Shown here: positions 46,972 through 57,411 of the stretch, one piece after another
Layout: every line of letters starts with the position of its first letter
How positions within the stretch are numbered: position 1 is the stretch's first letter
From: a virus
IMG/VR virus record: IMGVR_UViG_3300037478_000708
Location: 32,001 to 96,000 of that record
Direction: 5' to 3' (one strand)
Length of the DNA stretch: 64,000 bases
Made by a program: the position numbers and the translations under genes
The notes under the pieces: model-generated
Told to the model about the DNA's origin: nothing
Databases searched by the model: none
What the model saw: only the letters and a program-made list of their open reading frames with translations

Positions 46972-48218
46972 GAACGCCCTCCGTTACCCCGGGTGACCCC
47001 CGCGAGAAGTTCCCCGGTCTCTACCGGGGCGTGGTGGAGGACGTCGCCGACCCGCAGACGCGCAAGCGCTACCGCGTGCGCGTGGTGAACGTGCACCCTC
47101 CCCAGGTCGAGACGCAGCACCTTCCGTGGGCAGAGCTTGCCGTGGGCTTCGGAGGCAGCGGTTTCGGCGACGTGCCGGCCTACGAGCCCGACGATGAGGT
47201 CTGGGTCATGTTCGAGGGAGGCAACCGGCGCTTCCCCGTCATCGTCGGCGGCATCCTCAACTACGCAGGCGGCATTCCACCGCTTCCTCCCGAGCAGACG
47301 GGCGCCGACTACGAAGAGACGCAGCGGCGCTGGACGCGGATCGATCGGGCGGGCAACAAGATCGAGATGAGCCCGGTGGAGGAGGAGCTTTGGGTTCGGC
47401 TCTCTACGCCGGACGGCTCCGAGGTACGCGTCTCCGCTGCGGACGGCTCCGTGCAGTGCATCGCATCCGGGCGGGTCATCTTGCACGCACCGAACGTGCA
47501 GATCATCGCGGCGGAGGAGATCAATGCGGAGACAGCCCGGCTGATCGCCGACGTTTCCGAAGAGGCCATCGTCCGCGGCTCCGACAAGGTGAGCATCCGC
47601 GGCGCGAACGAGATCAACATCGGCGAGTACACGCCGCCGGACACGACCGGGCTCGGCGCGACGCCGGAGACGTCGTTGGTCGTGAACATCAAGGCCGTCG
47701 ACCTCGTGAAGATCGAGTCCGCGGGCTCGATCGATATCGCCGCGGCGGACGGCATCCAGATCGCCGCCGGCTCGGACATCGTGGTGACGGGGCAGGTGAA
47801 CTCGTCGTTCGCGGTGCAGGGCAACGCCTTGCTCGACGTCGAGGGCGACGTCGAGGTGGACACCGAGGGCACGCTCACGGTCAACGCGGCGCAGAAGATC
47901 CTGATCGAGAGCCAGAGCGACATCGAGGTCAACGCGCAGGCGAACATCCTCGTTACGTCGGGTGCGAACTTCGACATCGACTGCGGTGTCAACTTCTCGC
48001 TGCATGCCGGCGCGGCGATGGCGATCGACGCCGACGCGACGCTCACGATCGAGTCGGCCGCCAACCTCGAGGTAACGTGCTCGGCCGCGCTCACGATCCA
48101 GGCCGACGCGGCGCTCACCCTGGAAGCGCCGATCATCACGATCCATGCAACCTCTCTGCTCGACATGTCGGGCGATTCGACGGCCCTGCTCGACGGAGGC
48201 GTCGTGCTGATCGCCTAG
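46968..48218 (+). CDS. Baseplate central spike (gp5/VgrG/GpV-like): OB-fold plus beta-helix
   Basis: YRGVVEDVADP...RVRV...PWA...VWVMFEGGN...P; ~8-residue beta repeats in the C-terminal half. Confidence 0.9.
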   Translation: MRTPSVTPGDPREKFPGLYRGVVEDVADPQTRKRYRVRVVNVHPPQVETQHLPWAELAVGFGGSGFGDVPAYEPDDEVWVMFEGGNRRFPVIVGGILNYAGGIPPLPPEQTGADYEETQRRWTRIDRAGNKIEMSPVEEELWVRLSTPDGSEVRVSAADGSVQCIASGRVILHAPNVQIIAAEEINAETARLIADVSEEAIVRGSDKVSIRGANEINIGEYTPPDTTGLGATPETSLVVNIKAVDLVKIESAGSIDIAAADGIQIAAGSDIVVTGQVNSSFAVQGNALLDVEGDVEVDTEGTLTVNAAQKILIESQSDIEVNAQANILVTSGANFDIDCGVNFSLHAGAAMAIDADATLTIESAANLEVTCSAALTIQADAALTLEAPIITIHATSLLDMSGDSTALLDGGVVLIA

Positions 48219-48219
48219 C

Positions 48220-48240
48220 CCAGTGACAGCGTGTCACTGG
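48220..48240. repeat. Dispersed palindrome copy 6 (opposite loop orientation)
   Basis: CCAGTGACA-GCG-TGTCACTGG immediately after the spike stop. Confidence 0.9.
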
Positions 48241-48271
48241 ACCCGAACCCCCCTACATCGAGGGAATCCCA

Positions 48272-48928
48272 ATGGCCTGCTCCAACTGCCCCGACGCGGT
48301 GGTCGCCGTGCTCCGGACCAAGGTTCGGAGCGAGCTGAACAAGCTCTCCGCGATCGTCAGCATGACGGCGTTCTTCAACGACGCGATCGGCTCCACCGCG
48401 GGTGTCGCCGTAGCCGACACGCAGAGCGCGGTCGACGCGATCCCGGTCGCCTCGGCTCTGTCCCCGCTGGACATCCTCGAGTACGTCCTCTGCCCCCTGA
48501 CGCCGTTGGCGCTCGGGCTGGACGGCATCCAAGACCTCGTGAGCGGGGACGTGAATACGCAGACCAAGAAGGTGCAGGGGCTCTCCAAGGGCAACGTGGA
48601 CCGCGCCCGCCGAGAGTACGAGAAGGCGCTCAAGAACTCGCCCAACGACAAGCTCATCCGGCAGGCGCGCAAGTACGAGCAGCGCCTCCGCCAGATCGGC
48701 TTCGATGCGAACAGCTTCGCGGAGGCCGTGGTCATTACGGCCACGGTGCAGAGCGTCTGCGACGCGGACGAGTTCGATGACGTTTTTCTCCAGTTCGCGC
48801 AGCTCGCGCAGAACTTCTCGTTCACCGGTGGCGTGCCCGCGACGCTGGACCAGAACCTCGCGGCGCTGATCCAGCGTCTCTCCCAAGGCGAAGCCAAGTT
48901 CGCGGCGCTTCGCGACGCCCTCCACTAA
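48272..48928 (+). CDS. Hypothetical helical protein
   Basis: GAGGG RBS; in the baseplate cluster. Confidence 0.6.
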   Translation: MACSNCPDAVVAVLRTKVRSELNKLSAIVSMTAFFNDAIGSTAGVAVADTQSAVDAIPVASALSPLDILEYVLCPLTPLALGLDGIQDLVSGDVNTQTKKVQGLSKGNVDRARREYEKALKNSPNDKLIRQARKYEQRLRQIGFDANSFAEAVVITATVQSVCDADEFDDVFLQFAQLAQNFSFTGGVPATLDQNLAALIQRLSQGEAKFAALRDALH

Positions 48929-48934
48929 GACGCT

Positions 48935-49237
48935 ATGGCTATCCCCGTTCTTCAGGGCGACGTCGGCGGTCCCTACACCTACCCGAGCACGCCTCCGCTC
49001 ACGGCACCGGCTACGATGCTGACGGGCTCGACCAAGGTCTTCATCGGTGGTCGTTCGGTCATGCTGGTCGGGCAGGCGAACACGACACTCGGGGCGATCG
49101 TCGCGAGCACGCTCGTCAGCCTCAAGACCTTCGTCGAGGGTGCTCCGCTTCACCTCTCCGGATCGGTGACGAACACGTCCGCTGGCTGGCTCGGCGGCGT
49201 GCTGCAAGGAACGATTCCCAACGTCCAAGTCACCTAG
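48935..49237 (+). CDS. PAAR-like spike tip protein
   Basis: GSTKVFIGGRSV...KTFVEGAPL; about 100 aa between spike and gp25. Confidence 0.6.
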   Translation: MAIPVLQGDVGGPYTYPSTPPLTAPATMLTGSTKVFIGGRSVMLVGQANTTLGAIVASTLVSLKTFVEGAPLHLSGSVTNTSAGWLGGVLQGTIPNVQVT

Positions 49238-49246
49238 CCGTCCCTG

Positions 49247-49275
49247 TAGAGAGGCGCCCGGACACCCTGTAGACT
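49247..49275 (+). promoter_or_regulatory. Putative promoter (TAGAC-class variant)
   Basis: TAGAGA-N17-TAGACT. Confidence 0.5.
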
Positions 49276-49287
49276 GCCCCCCGACCG

Positions 49288-49728
49288 ATGGTAAGCTCCG
49301 ACCTACTTTCCTCCCGCGAACTGCGCGGACTCGCGCTCCCGGCCCTCAAGGGCTCCGGGGGCTATTTCGAGTCCAAGGGTGAGGGAGACGTCGCCTGGGG
49401 CGATCTCCTGATGGCGCTGTTCGTTCCGATCGGGGGCCGCGTCATGCGGCGGTCGTTCGGCAGCTCGCTCTACGAGCTGCTCTTCGATCCCATCATCGAG
49501 GGCGAGTTCCAGCTCGTCGACGCGGCGATCAAGGACATCGCGGCACGGAACCTTCCTCACGTCACCGTGACGCGCACGCTCATCCGTACTGCGGAGAGCA
49601 ACAAGGGCATCGAGATCAAGGTCTTCTTCCGGGTCAACTCGAGCCGGGACCAAGAGCGCGCGCAGACGGTCCTGATCCCGAAGACCTACGTGCCGCCGTC
49701 GAGCGCAGCGATGAACGCGGGAGTGTAG
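49288..49728 (+). CDS. Baseplate wedge gp25-like / sheath initiator
   Basis: GGRVMRRSFGSSLYELLFDP. Confidence 0.85.
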   Translation: MVSSDLLSSRELRGLALPALKGSGGYFESKGEGDVAWGDLLMALFVPIGGRVMRRSFGSSLYELLFDPIIEGEFQLVDAAIKDIAARNLPHVTVTRTLIRTAESNKGIEIKVFFRVNSSRDQERAQTVLIPKTYVPPSSAAMNAGV

Positions 49729-49732
49729 CTAC

Positions 49733-51400
49733 ATGCCGGACGTCAGCCCGCCGCAACTCTCCTACACCGACCGGGACTTCGCGACCATCTTCGACGCGCT
49801 CGAAGGCTTCGTGCAGGCCACCCGGCCGGAGGACTTCACCGACTTCTTCACGTCCAACCTGGGCATCACGCTCATGGAGATGCTCGCCTTCGTCGGCGAT
49901 CTCCTGAGCTACGGGCAGGACGTCACCGCGCAGGAGGTCTTCCTGGCCACTGCGCGGCGCCTGGAGAGCGCCCTGCGGGCCGCGCGCTCCGTCGGCTACG
50001 TTCCCCGGTCGGCCACGGCCGCGACGGTCGTGGTGGCCTCCGGGGCCCTCCCGGCCAACGTGGTGAGCTTCGGCGCGATCGTGCCCGCCGGCAACTCCGT
50101 CCAGGGGGCCAACGGCCTTCGCTACGAGATCGTCGAGGACGTGACGATCATTCCGGGCTCGTCGACCACCTCGTTCACGCTCCGCGAGGGGCAGAGCTTC
50201 ACTGAGGCGTTCACGCCGACGAAGCAGCCGAACCAGAAGTTCACCGTTTCGCGTGGCATCGTGGAGGAAGCCTCCTGGCAGGTGTTCGTCGGCGACCCCG
50301 ACAACCCGCTCAACCAGTGGACGCAGGTGCCCAACGTGCTCTTCGAGACGTCGGACACCGAGACCTATCAGGTCTTCTTCGACGGGCAGGGTCGGCTGAC
50401 GGTCATCTTCGGCAACGGGACGGCCGGCAAGGTCCCCGACGCCACGGTCACGATCAACTACCGCACGACCAACGGGGCGGCCGGCAACGCGGGCGTCGGA
50501 ACGATTCAGGGCTCGCTCCAGGCCGAGGTGATTGGCACGTCGACCACGGCCGCGATTCCGGTCAAGAACTCGTCGCAGCCGGCGACCGGCGGCCAGGCGC
50601 GCGAGAGCGTGGCCGAGCTGCGCGTGGCGATCCCTGCCTTCATCCGCACGCTCGATAAGGTCATCACGATCGCGGACTACGAGGAGGCGGTCGCGACGCA
50701 GGCGGGCGTAGCGCTCGCGTTCGCGGACAACCCGATCGCGAGCCTGAACGGCAACGTGGTCCGCGTGCACATCTGGGCTTCCGAGCAGTTCACCTTCGTC
50801 TCGACGAGCCCGGGGCAGGGGTTCACGTCGGCGGTCAACTATCAGCGCTACGTGCAGGCACCTACGGCGCGGGTCTACACCGTGCAGCAGTACCTCCGTC
50901 CGCGCACGATCGCGACCGTGCACAACGTCGTCATCCGTCCGACCGTCGCGCAGGTTGACGTCGACCTGGGTCAGGTCAAGTACGACACGCTCAACCGGAC
51001 GGAGGACGTGCACGAGGCGATCGTCGAGGCTCTCGTCGAGCTGTTCGAGACGTCGAGCGGGTTCCTCATCCGGATCTCCGACATCTACAACGTCGTCAAC
51101 CGGGTGCCCGGCGTCATCGGTTTCACGATTCGCCAGATCACGTTCGAGCACATCGACTTCGACGATCCGAGTCTGGGAACCGTCATCGACGTCTACCGGA
51201 CCAATCAGGACATCACGGGGTCTCAGGGTGGGCCGTTCGATCCGCTTCAGGATCTCAGCATTCCCGCTGCGTCGGAGAAGAAGTTCTACGACGACGCCTT
51301 CCTGTACGACAACGAGATCCTCTTCGACTCCGAGATCGACTCAACGACGGTGCAGGCGATCAACCTGCGGTCGCTGGTCTTCACTCTCATCGCCGGCTAA
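49733..51400 (+). CDS. Baseplate wedge gp6 / BpJ-like protein
   Basis: YTDRDF, LAFVGDLLSY, FGNG..GKVP, YRTTNGAAGN, GGQARES, VITIADYE. Confidence 0.9.
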   Translation: MPDVSPPQLSYTDRDFATIFDALEGFVQATRPEDFTDFFTSNLGITLMEMLAFVGDLLSYGQDVTAQEVFLATARRLESALRAARSVGYVPRSATAATVVVASGALPANVVSFGAIVPAGNSVQGANGLRYEIVEDVTIIPGSSTTSFTLREGQSFTEAFTPTKQPNQKFTVSRGIVEEASWQVFVGDPDNPLNQWTQVPNVLFETSDTETYQVFFDGQGRLTVIFGNGTAGKVPDATVTINYRTTNGAAGNAGVGTIQGSLQAEVIGTSTTAAIPVKNSSQPATGGQARESVAELRVAIPAFIRTLDKVITIADYEEAVATQAGVALAFADNPIASLNGNVVRVHIWASEQFTFVSTSPGQGFTSAVNYQRYVQAPTARVYTVQQYLRPRTIATVHNVVIRPTVAQVDVDLGQVKYDTLNRTEDVHEAIVEALVELFETSSGFLIRISDIYNVVNRVPGVIGFTIRQITFEHIDFDDPSLGTVIDVYRTNQDITGSQGGPFDPLQDLSIPAASEKKFYDDAFLYDNEILFDSEIDSTTVQAINLRSLVFTLIAG

Positions 51401-51420
51401 CCCCTCAAGGAAAGAACCCA

Positions 51421-51876
51421 ATGCCCAGCCTGACGAACTACGGACAGCAGGTCGCCCTCTACGACGACAACCGCACCTTCCTCGCCGGTCTGACCGGTGC
51501 GACGCCCGCCCTCGTGGGCGGCATCGCGCAGATCGCCGCGGGGCTCGAGCTGTTCGCCGATACCGGCTCCGTGCTCGACAAGGACGCCTCCGTCCTGAAC
51601 CTCCCGAGCCCCGGCGGTGGCGGCTACACGGGCGTCATCGCGCTCACCAAGGGCGGCAACTGGTCCAACCCGAGCGCCAGCTCGGGCGACACGCAGATCG
51701 TGCTCACGCCGAACCAGACGTTCACGGCGACCGCCAACCCGATCAACGACATCGGCGGTGCCTACATCGAGGACGGCGACGACAACGTGCTCGCGTGGTG
51801 GGAGCGCTCGTCGCCGATCACCCTGGCGACGAACGACACCATCACGGCCGACCAGCTCACGATCCGGATCGTCTGA
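51421..51876 (+). CDS. Small virion / fibre-associated protein
   Basis: FTATANPINDIGGAYI...ITLATNDTIT. Confidence 0.55.
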   Translation: MPSLTNYGQQVALYDDNRTFLAGLTGATPALVGGIAQIAAGLELFADTGSVLDKDASVLNLPSPGGGGYTGVIALTKGGNWSNPSASSGDTQIVLTPNQTFTATANPINDIGGAYIEDGDDNVLAWWERSSPITLATNDTITADQLTIRIV

Positions 51877-51896
51877 TCGTCCTCGCGGACTGAGAC

Positions 51897-53480
51897 GTGG
51901 CGAGCTTCTTCATCGGCAACGGGGACGTTCCCGGGAACGAGCTGCTCAGTGCGAGCGGCACGTTCTTCGGGAACTTCATCCGTTCCATCACCACCGACCG
52001 ACTGCTTCAGGCCGGGACGTTCCTCGAGTGGTACTTCGAGACCTCGGGGGGCGGTGGTGAGTTCGGTGAGGGGCCCCCGCACTTTCCGCGCGTAGGCGGT
52101 CACGCCGTCCTGTCGGGCGCTCTGACGAAGGGCGGTCCCGCGGCCGATAACCCGCAGCTCACCGCTACCGCGAGCGTCACCGGGTCCCTGATCGTTTCGG
52201 CGGTCATCACCAACGCGGAGTTGTTGGCCGCGGGCAACCTCTTCGGGGGCTTGCAGATCGCGGTCTCGATCGTCGGCGAGATCACGGCCGCGTCGTTTCT
52301 CGCCGGTGACCTCATCGTGGCGCTCTTCCCGGAGCTGTCGCGAGACGCGATCGCGCAGGCGACGGGAGTGCGGCCGTGCTTCCCGTTGCTGATCTACCTC
52401 GACGACGTGAGCCACATCGGCAACCTGCATGAGCCCGACGGGGTGACGCCGAAGCTCGAACTCAACCAGGCGTTTCGCATGGCCGCGTCCTACACGGCGC
52501 CGCCGGGCGAACAGCTCGGACTCTTCGGTGCGTTGCCGAACTCCATCGGGATGCGCGTGCTCGTGGACCTCGAGGGTGACGGCATCGAAGAGGAGGCGAT
52601 TCTCTTCCGCCGGCCGGAGGAGAACGAGGTCGTGGCGCTGCTCGACGGCACCGTCGAGAAGTACGACGCGGAGAGCGGTGCTTGGGTCGCGCACACGACG
52701 CTGCCCCAGCGGGCCCTTATGGGGATGCGTGTCTTCGAGATCCTCGATCCGAACGGCATCTACGACTACTACGCGAAGCTCGTCGGGCTGAAGTACCATC
52801 AGCTCGCGTACGACACCCGGAAGATCCTCGACTTCATCGATCCGGAGCTGTGTCCGATCGAGCTGCTTCCGCTGCTCGCGTCGAACTTCGGTGCGGACAT
52901 CGACGCGGATCAGCCGGAGATCTTGCAGCGGGAGATCCTGCGGAGCTGGGTCCCGCTCATGCAGATCAAGGGGCTCGACCAGGCGGTCCGAGTTGCCTTG
53001 CGCATGCTCGGCTTCTCGGGTTACGCGACGCAGATCTGGATCAAGCCCGGCGGCTCTGCAACGGACTTCATCGAGAAGCCCTTCAACTACTCGAACGAGT
53101 TCCCGACGCCGAGCGATCCGACGGTCTACCACCCGGCCGCGCAGGTCGCCATCCACCTCAACGAGCTGGATGGCACGCCCTTCGTCGTCATCGACGATTC
53201 GACCAAGCAGAAGGTCGCCACGTTCCTCAAGATGAACGTGCTGCCTGCGCACGTGCGCATCCGGACGTTCACGACGGACATCGTGGTCGAAGCGGAGGAT
53301 GCCGTCGTGGCCTCCGATGCCGTGGTGGCCTTCGAGGCTGCGCACATTGCTCTCGTGGCCGCTGCCGCGGGCCCCGCGACGACCTCCTTCGTCGTGTCCG
53401 TGCTTCCCGTCAAAGCCACCGTCGCTGCGCAGGCGGGCGCGGCAACTACCCTGGTCGCCGTGGAGGTCATCTCGCCGTGA
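51897..53480 (+). CDS. Baseplate wedge gp7 / P2 gpI-like protein
   Basis: IDPELCPIELLPLLASNFG...REIL...IKG; VLPAHVRI. Confidence 0.75.
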   Translation: MASFFIGNGDVPGNELLSASGTFFGNFIRSITTDRLLQAGTFLEWYFETSGGGGEFGEGPPHFPRVGGHAVLSGALTKGGPAADNPQLTATASVTGSLIVSAVITNAELLAAGNLFGGLQIAVSIVGEITAASFLAGDLIVALFPELSRDAIAQATGVRPCFPLLIYLDDVSHIGNLHEPDGVTPKLELNQAFRMAASYTAPPGEQLGLFGALPNSIGMRVLVDLEGDGIEEEAILFRRPEENEVVALLDGTVEKYDAESGAWVAHTTLPQRALMGMRVFEILDPNGIYDYYAKLVGLKYHQLAYDTRKILDFIDPELCPIELLPLLASNFGADIDADQPEILQREILRSWVPLMQIKGLDQAVRVALRMLGFSGYATQIWIKPGGSATDFIEKPFNYSNEFPTPSDPTVYHPAAQVAIHLNELDGTPFVVIDDSTKQKVATFLKMNVLPAHVRIRTFTTDIVVEAEDAVVASDAVVAFEAAHIALVAAAAGPATTSFVVSVLPVKATVAAQAGAATTLVAVEVISP

Positions 53481-54049
53481 GGGTTCACGATCTGCTTCGC
53501 GTTCGCGGTTCCCTGCGCATCGTGCACATCCCGGGCGATTGCATGGGCGAGGATCCGTGCTGCCCGCTGTCGCCCGACGCCGTGGACCGTCTCTGCCACA
53601 CCGGCCGCGCGCACGCTTCCTGTCGCTACGAAAACCTCGTGGTGGATACGGGTCTCGAGATCATCCGCGCGCTCATCGGCTTCGGCCTCAACTTCCCGAC
53701 GACCGGCGCGTTCGGCGTGCAGGACACGAGCGACTTGCAGATCACGAGCATGCGCATCGGCTCCGCGCTCTCGCCTCCCGCGCCGGCTGCAGGTGACACG
53801 GACATCTCCGTCGTGCCGCCGCTCTACACGATCCTCGGCGTGACGGCCTTCTATCCGAGCGCAACGTCCGTCACGCTGGCCGGCGTCGTGCCGCAAGCGC
53901 AGTCAGCGCTCGACGGCGTGGGTCTGACCGAGGAGGGTGCATTCGCCGAGAACGGTGCCATGCTGGCCCGGGTGACGTTCCCCGCTGAGGTCAAGATCCC
54001 GACGCACGCGCTCCAGTTCGAGCACCAGATCTTCATCGGACGGCCTTAG
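53477..54049 (+). CDS. Baseplate / fibre-attachment protein
   Basis: ENLVVDTG...LTEEGAF...MLARVTF...K pattern; GTGA overlap. Confidence 0.65.
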   Translation: MRVHDLLRVRGSLRIVHIPGDCMGEDPCCPLSPDAVDRLCHTGRAHASCRYENLVVDTGLEIIRALIGFGLNFPTTGAFGVQDTSDLQITSMRIGSALSPPAPAAGDTDISVVPPLYTILGVTAFYPSATSVTLAGVVPQAQSALDGVGLTEEGAFAENGAMLARVTFPAEVKIPTHALQFEHQIFIGRP

Positions 54050-54528
54050 CGAACATCTTTCCACGATCTGAAATGCACGGCCGCACTGATAGTCCCCGGC
54101 GAGACGCCGAACGAAGCCGCGATGTTGCTCAGCGTCTCTCCTCTACCTCTTCGTTTCCGGGCTTCTCGGACGCGAGCTTCCGTCAGCCGCCTGCGGTACG
54201 TATTCCGCCGGTTCTCGCCGATAGTGACGTACCGCAGGTTGTCCTCGCAGTTCGCTTGGCGATCGTCGTTCTCGTGGTCAATTTCGTAGCCGTCGGGGCA
54301 GGGGCCGAGGAAGGCTTCGGCGACGAGCTTGTGTGTGTTGAAGCGGCGCGTCTCGCCTCGTCGGCAGAGCATGACCGACAGGTAGCCGTTGGACTTCGTG
54401 GTCTGTCGGAGAATGCGTCCTGCAACGGTGTTGCGGTCGCCGCCCCGTACGCGCTTCACGCGTCCTCGATCGGAGACTGCGTACCAGCCCTCGTAGCCGA
54501 CGACGGGCTTCCATCGTTCTCGCACCAT
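54046..54528 (-). mobile_element. Free-standing NUMOD4-HNH homing endonuclease with C-terminal HTH
   Basis: ERWKPVVGYEGWYAVSDRGRV (NUMOD4), HKLVAEAFLG...EIDHENDDRQANCEDNLRY (HNH), TLSNIAASFGVSPGTIS (HTH). Confidence 0.9.
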
Positions 54529-54559
54529 GCGGCGGTAGACTACACGAGGAGCGTTTGAC

Positions 54560-55807
54560 GTGCCTGAACTTCCCGAGATCCCGATCGACCCGATCAACCC
54601 GCCGACGTCGATCGACCTGACGGATGAGGACAATACTTATCCGCTGCTCGAGTCGATCGTCGGTCCGCCCAACCCGGACTCGGTTGGACCCGAGGCCGGC
54701 AACCGGCAGCCGCGGGCACTCGACCTGCGCACGGAGACCCTGCGCGAGGCGGTCAACAAGCTCATCGAGGTCACGAATTCGCTGAACGAGAACCTCCTGC
54801 ACCGCGACGGCGCGAGTGCGGTCGTGGACGGGTCGCTGTCGCCGAGCTACATGCGCGGTGACCTCGACATGGGGGACGATCCGCTGAGCCCCTCGTTCCA
54901 CCGGGTCATCAACATGGCCGACGGCGTGGACGACACCGATGCCGTCACCAAGCAGCAGCTCGACACGCTCTCGGCGTTCCTGAACTCGCTCCAGAATCAG
55001 CTCAACGGCGCTCTCAAGACGAACGGCACGAACCAGATGCTCGCGCCCCTCAACATGGGGGGTTTCCGCGTCGAGTTCCTGGGCGATCCGGTCAACGTCG
55101 CCGACGCCGTGAACAAGGGCACGATGGACACCGAGCTGGATCAGATCCGCGCCGACTACGTGCGCCGCGACGGCGGCAACACGATGATCGGCAATCTGGA
55201 CCTCGGCGGGTTCAAGATCGTGAACATGAACCTGGCCATCCCGTCGAACGACGGGGACGGCGTGAGTCGGGGCTACCTGTTGCAGGTGCTCTCGGATATC
55301 GCTGCGACCCCGCCGGGTGCGATCGCGGTCTGGGCAGGGTCCGAGGGCGCCGTGCCGACCGGGTGGCTTTTGTGCGCGGGGCAGACGGTTTCGCAAGCAA
55401 CCTTCGCGAACCTCTTCGCCGTGGTCGGAACCACGTACAACATCGGCGGCGAACCGGGCGGAGAGTTCCGCCTGCCCGATCTCCGCGGTCGCGTGCCGGT
55501 GGGTCTCGACAACATGGGGGGCAGCTCGGCGAACGTCCTCACGAGTGCGCAGGCCGACATCCTCGGCGGCACGCTCGGCGAGGAGTTCCACACGCTCACG
55601 CTGGACGAGATCGCGTCGCACACGCACCAATACGACGATCGCTACGTGGCCGTCGCTACCGGAGGCGCGGAGGAGGGTCCGTCCGTGGTCAACGCGACGT
55701 CCGACTTCGTGACCCTGACCGGTCAGGTCACGGATCCCCAGGGCAACGACAACCCGCACAACAACGTGCAGCCGTCGATCGCCATGAACTTCATCATCAA
55801 GATCTGA
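54560..55807 (+). CDS. Tail fibre with tail-collar domain (paralog 1)
   Basis: LNMGGF...DA.(T/N)K repeats; PPGAI...PTGWLLCAG...FRLPDLRGR; HNNVQPS. Confidence 0.85.
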   Translation: MPELPEIPIDPINPPTSIDLTDEDNTYPLLESIVGPPNPDSVGPEAGNRQPRALDLRTETLREAVNKLIEVTNSLNENLLHRDGASAVVDGSLSPSYMRGDLDMGDDPLSPSFHRVINMADGVDDTDAVTKQQLDTLSAFLNSLQNQLNGALKTNGTNQMLAPLNMGGFRVEFLGDPVNVADAVNKGTMDTELDQIRADYVRRDGGNTMIGNLDLGGFKIVNMNLAIPSNDGDGVSRGYLLQVLSDIAATPPGAIAVWAGSEGAVPTGWLLCAGQTVSQATFANLFAVVGTTYNIGGEPGGEFRLPDLRGRVPVGLDNMGGSSANVLTSAQADILGGTLGEEFHTLTLDEIASHTHQYDDRYVAVATGGAEEGPSVVNATSDFVTLTGQVTDPQGNDNPHNNVQPSIAMNFIIKI

Positions 55808-55816
55808 GGTGTTCTC

Positions 55817-56191
55817 ATGACCGCGACCCCTAACAGCCCGGTTCTCTTGGATCTCCTCTCCGCGGAGGAACGCGCCGAGATCCGCAAGGAGAGCGACGCT
55901 GAGATCGATCGTCTCCTCAACGGCCACGTCGCTCCGGTCTGCCTGCCCTCGGTGCAGGACCGCGGCGGGTCTGTGAGCGTTGCGAAGGCGTTGTATGAGG
56001 CGAGGGTGCTGCCGGGCGTCCGTCACGAGGAAGGCTGCCCTCCACTGCACGACTTCACCCAAGTCGGGTACGCGCACGAGAAGGAGAGCCGAGGTCTCCG
56101 AAACACGGAGCAGTTCGCGTGGTGCGTGGTGGCTCCGCTGGCGTTCTCTCTCGGTGTTCTCGTCGCCACGCTCTTTTTCGTCCTGTTCTGA
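55817..56191 (+). CDS. Hypothetical protein with C-terminal hydrophobic segment
   Basis: GAGGT RBS; stop overlaps the next ATG. Confidence 0.5.
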   Translation: MTATPNSPVLLDLLSAEERAEIRKESDAEIDRLLNGHVAPVCLPSVQDRGGSVSVAKALYEARVLPGVRHEEGCPPLHDFTQVGYAHEKESRGLRNTEQFAWCVVAPLAFSLGVLVATLFFVLF

Positions 56192-57411
56192 TGGCTCAGT
56201 GGCCCCCGACTCCTGTTTCTCCGCTACCCAGCACGGGTGCGACATGGCCGTCTCGTACGGAGGTCGGTCCGCTCACGCTCATCGGTCCGACTGCGGAGAA
56301 CCAGCAACCGTCGGCCCTCGACACGCGCACCGAGACGCTTCGGCAGATCACGAACGTCTTGATAGGGCTCTACAACTTCATCCAAGACTTCTTCTTGGAT
56401 CGCGACGGGGCGGACCTTCCGATCGCCGACTCGACGCAGGGCTCCTACTTCATGCGCGGCAACATGGACCTCGGCGGGTTCAAGATCGTGAACCTCGCCG
56501 ACGCGCAGGACATCCGGGACGCGATTACGATTCAACAGCTCGAGGCGGTGCAGTTCTCTGCGGAGGACGACGTGGAGCAGGTGCTCGACTCGTTCGTCGT
56601 CAAGCAGGACGGAAGCGCAGCGATGATCGCGCCTCTCAACATGGGGGGCTTCCGGATTCTCAACATGGCCGCCGCGGTCATTGACACCGACGCGATCCGT
56701 AGGGACACGCTCACGGCCGAGGAGGCGACGATCACGTCGGCCTTCCTGCGTCGGGTGGGCGTGCCGGGCATGCTGGCCAACCTGAACTTCGACGGAGACG
56801 ATCCACTCGAACCGGGGTTCATCCCGACGAATCTGGGGGACCCGACGGGCCCCGCGGACCTCGTGAACAAGCGCTACCTCGACGAGCAGGTTGCGATCTC
56901 CGCTGCCCAGGACGTCCCTGTCGGCGCCGTGGTGCCGTACGCCGGTCCGCAGGGGACGATTCCGGTCAACTTCCTCGTCTGCGACGGCCGTGAGGTGTCG
57001 CGCTTCACCTACCAGAATCTCTTCAACATCATCGGCATCGCCTACGGCAGCCCCACGAGCGCCTCGGTGTTCAAGTTGCCCGATCTCCGCGGCCGGACCG
57101 TGGTCGGCATGGACATCATGGGCGGGCAGCCTGCGGACGTGCTCACGAGTTCGTTCGCGGACCTGCTCGGGGGCAAGGGGGGCGTCGAGCGGTACGCCCT
57201 GAAGGGCGGGGAGATGCCGTCGCACACGCACACCTACGACGACGTGACCTACGCGCAGGGTGCCGGCGGAGCGGAGATCGGCGACGACAACGCCTCCGAC
57301 AACAACAACGTGGTCGGAATCAGCCCGAGCGTGATGGGGAGCGCGGGTTCGAGCACGCCGCACAACAACGTGCAGCCGTCGATCGCGCTGAACTGGCTCA
57401 TCCGCTACTAG
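56191..57411 (+). CDS. Tail fibre with tail-collar domain (paralog 2)
   Basis: Same architecture: ALDTRTETLR, PVGAVVPYAG, FKLPDLRGR, HNNVQPS. Confidence 0.85.
   Translation: MAQWPPTPVSPLPSTGATWPSRTEVGPLTLIGPTAENQQPSALDTRTETLRQITNVLIGLYNFIQDFFLDRDGADLPIADSTQGSYFMRGNMDLGGFKIVNLADAQDIRDAITIQQLEAVQFSAEDDVEQVLDSFVVKQDGSAAMIAPLNMGGFRILNMAAAVIDTDAIRRDTLTAEEATITSAFLRRVGVPGMLANLNFDGDDPLEPGFIPTNLGDPTGPADLVNKRYLDEQVAISAAQDVPVGAVVPYAGPQGTIPVNFLVCDGREVSRFTYQNLFNIIGIAYGSPTSASVFKLPDLRGRTVVGMDIMGGQPADVLTSSFADLLGGKGGVERYALKGGEMPSHTHTYDDVTYAQGAGGAEIGDDNASDNNNVVGISPSVMGSAGSSTPHNNVQPSIALNWLIRY

Noticed and set aside
31196-54049. Extracellular contractile injection system / tailocin
   Set aside because: Capsid, prohead protease and neck genes are present, so this is a phage.
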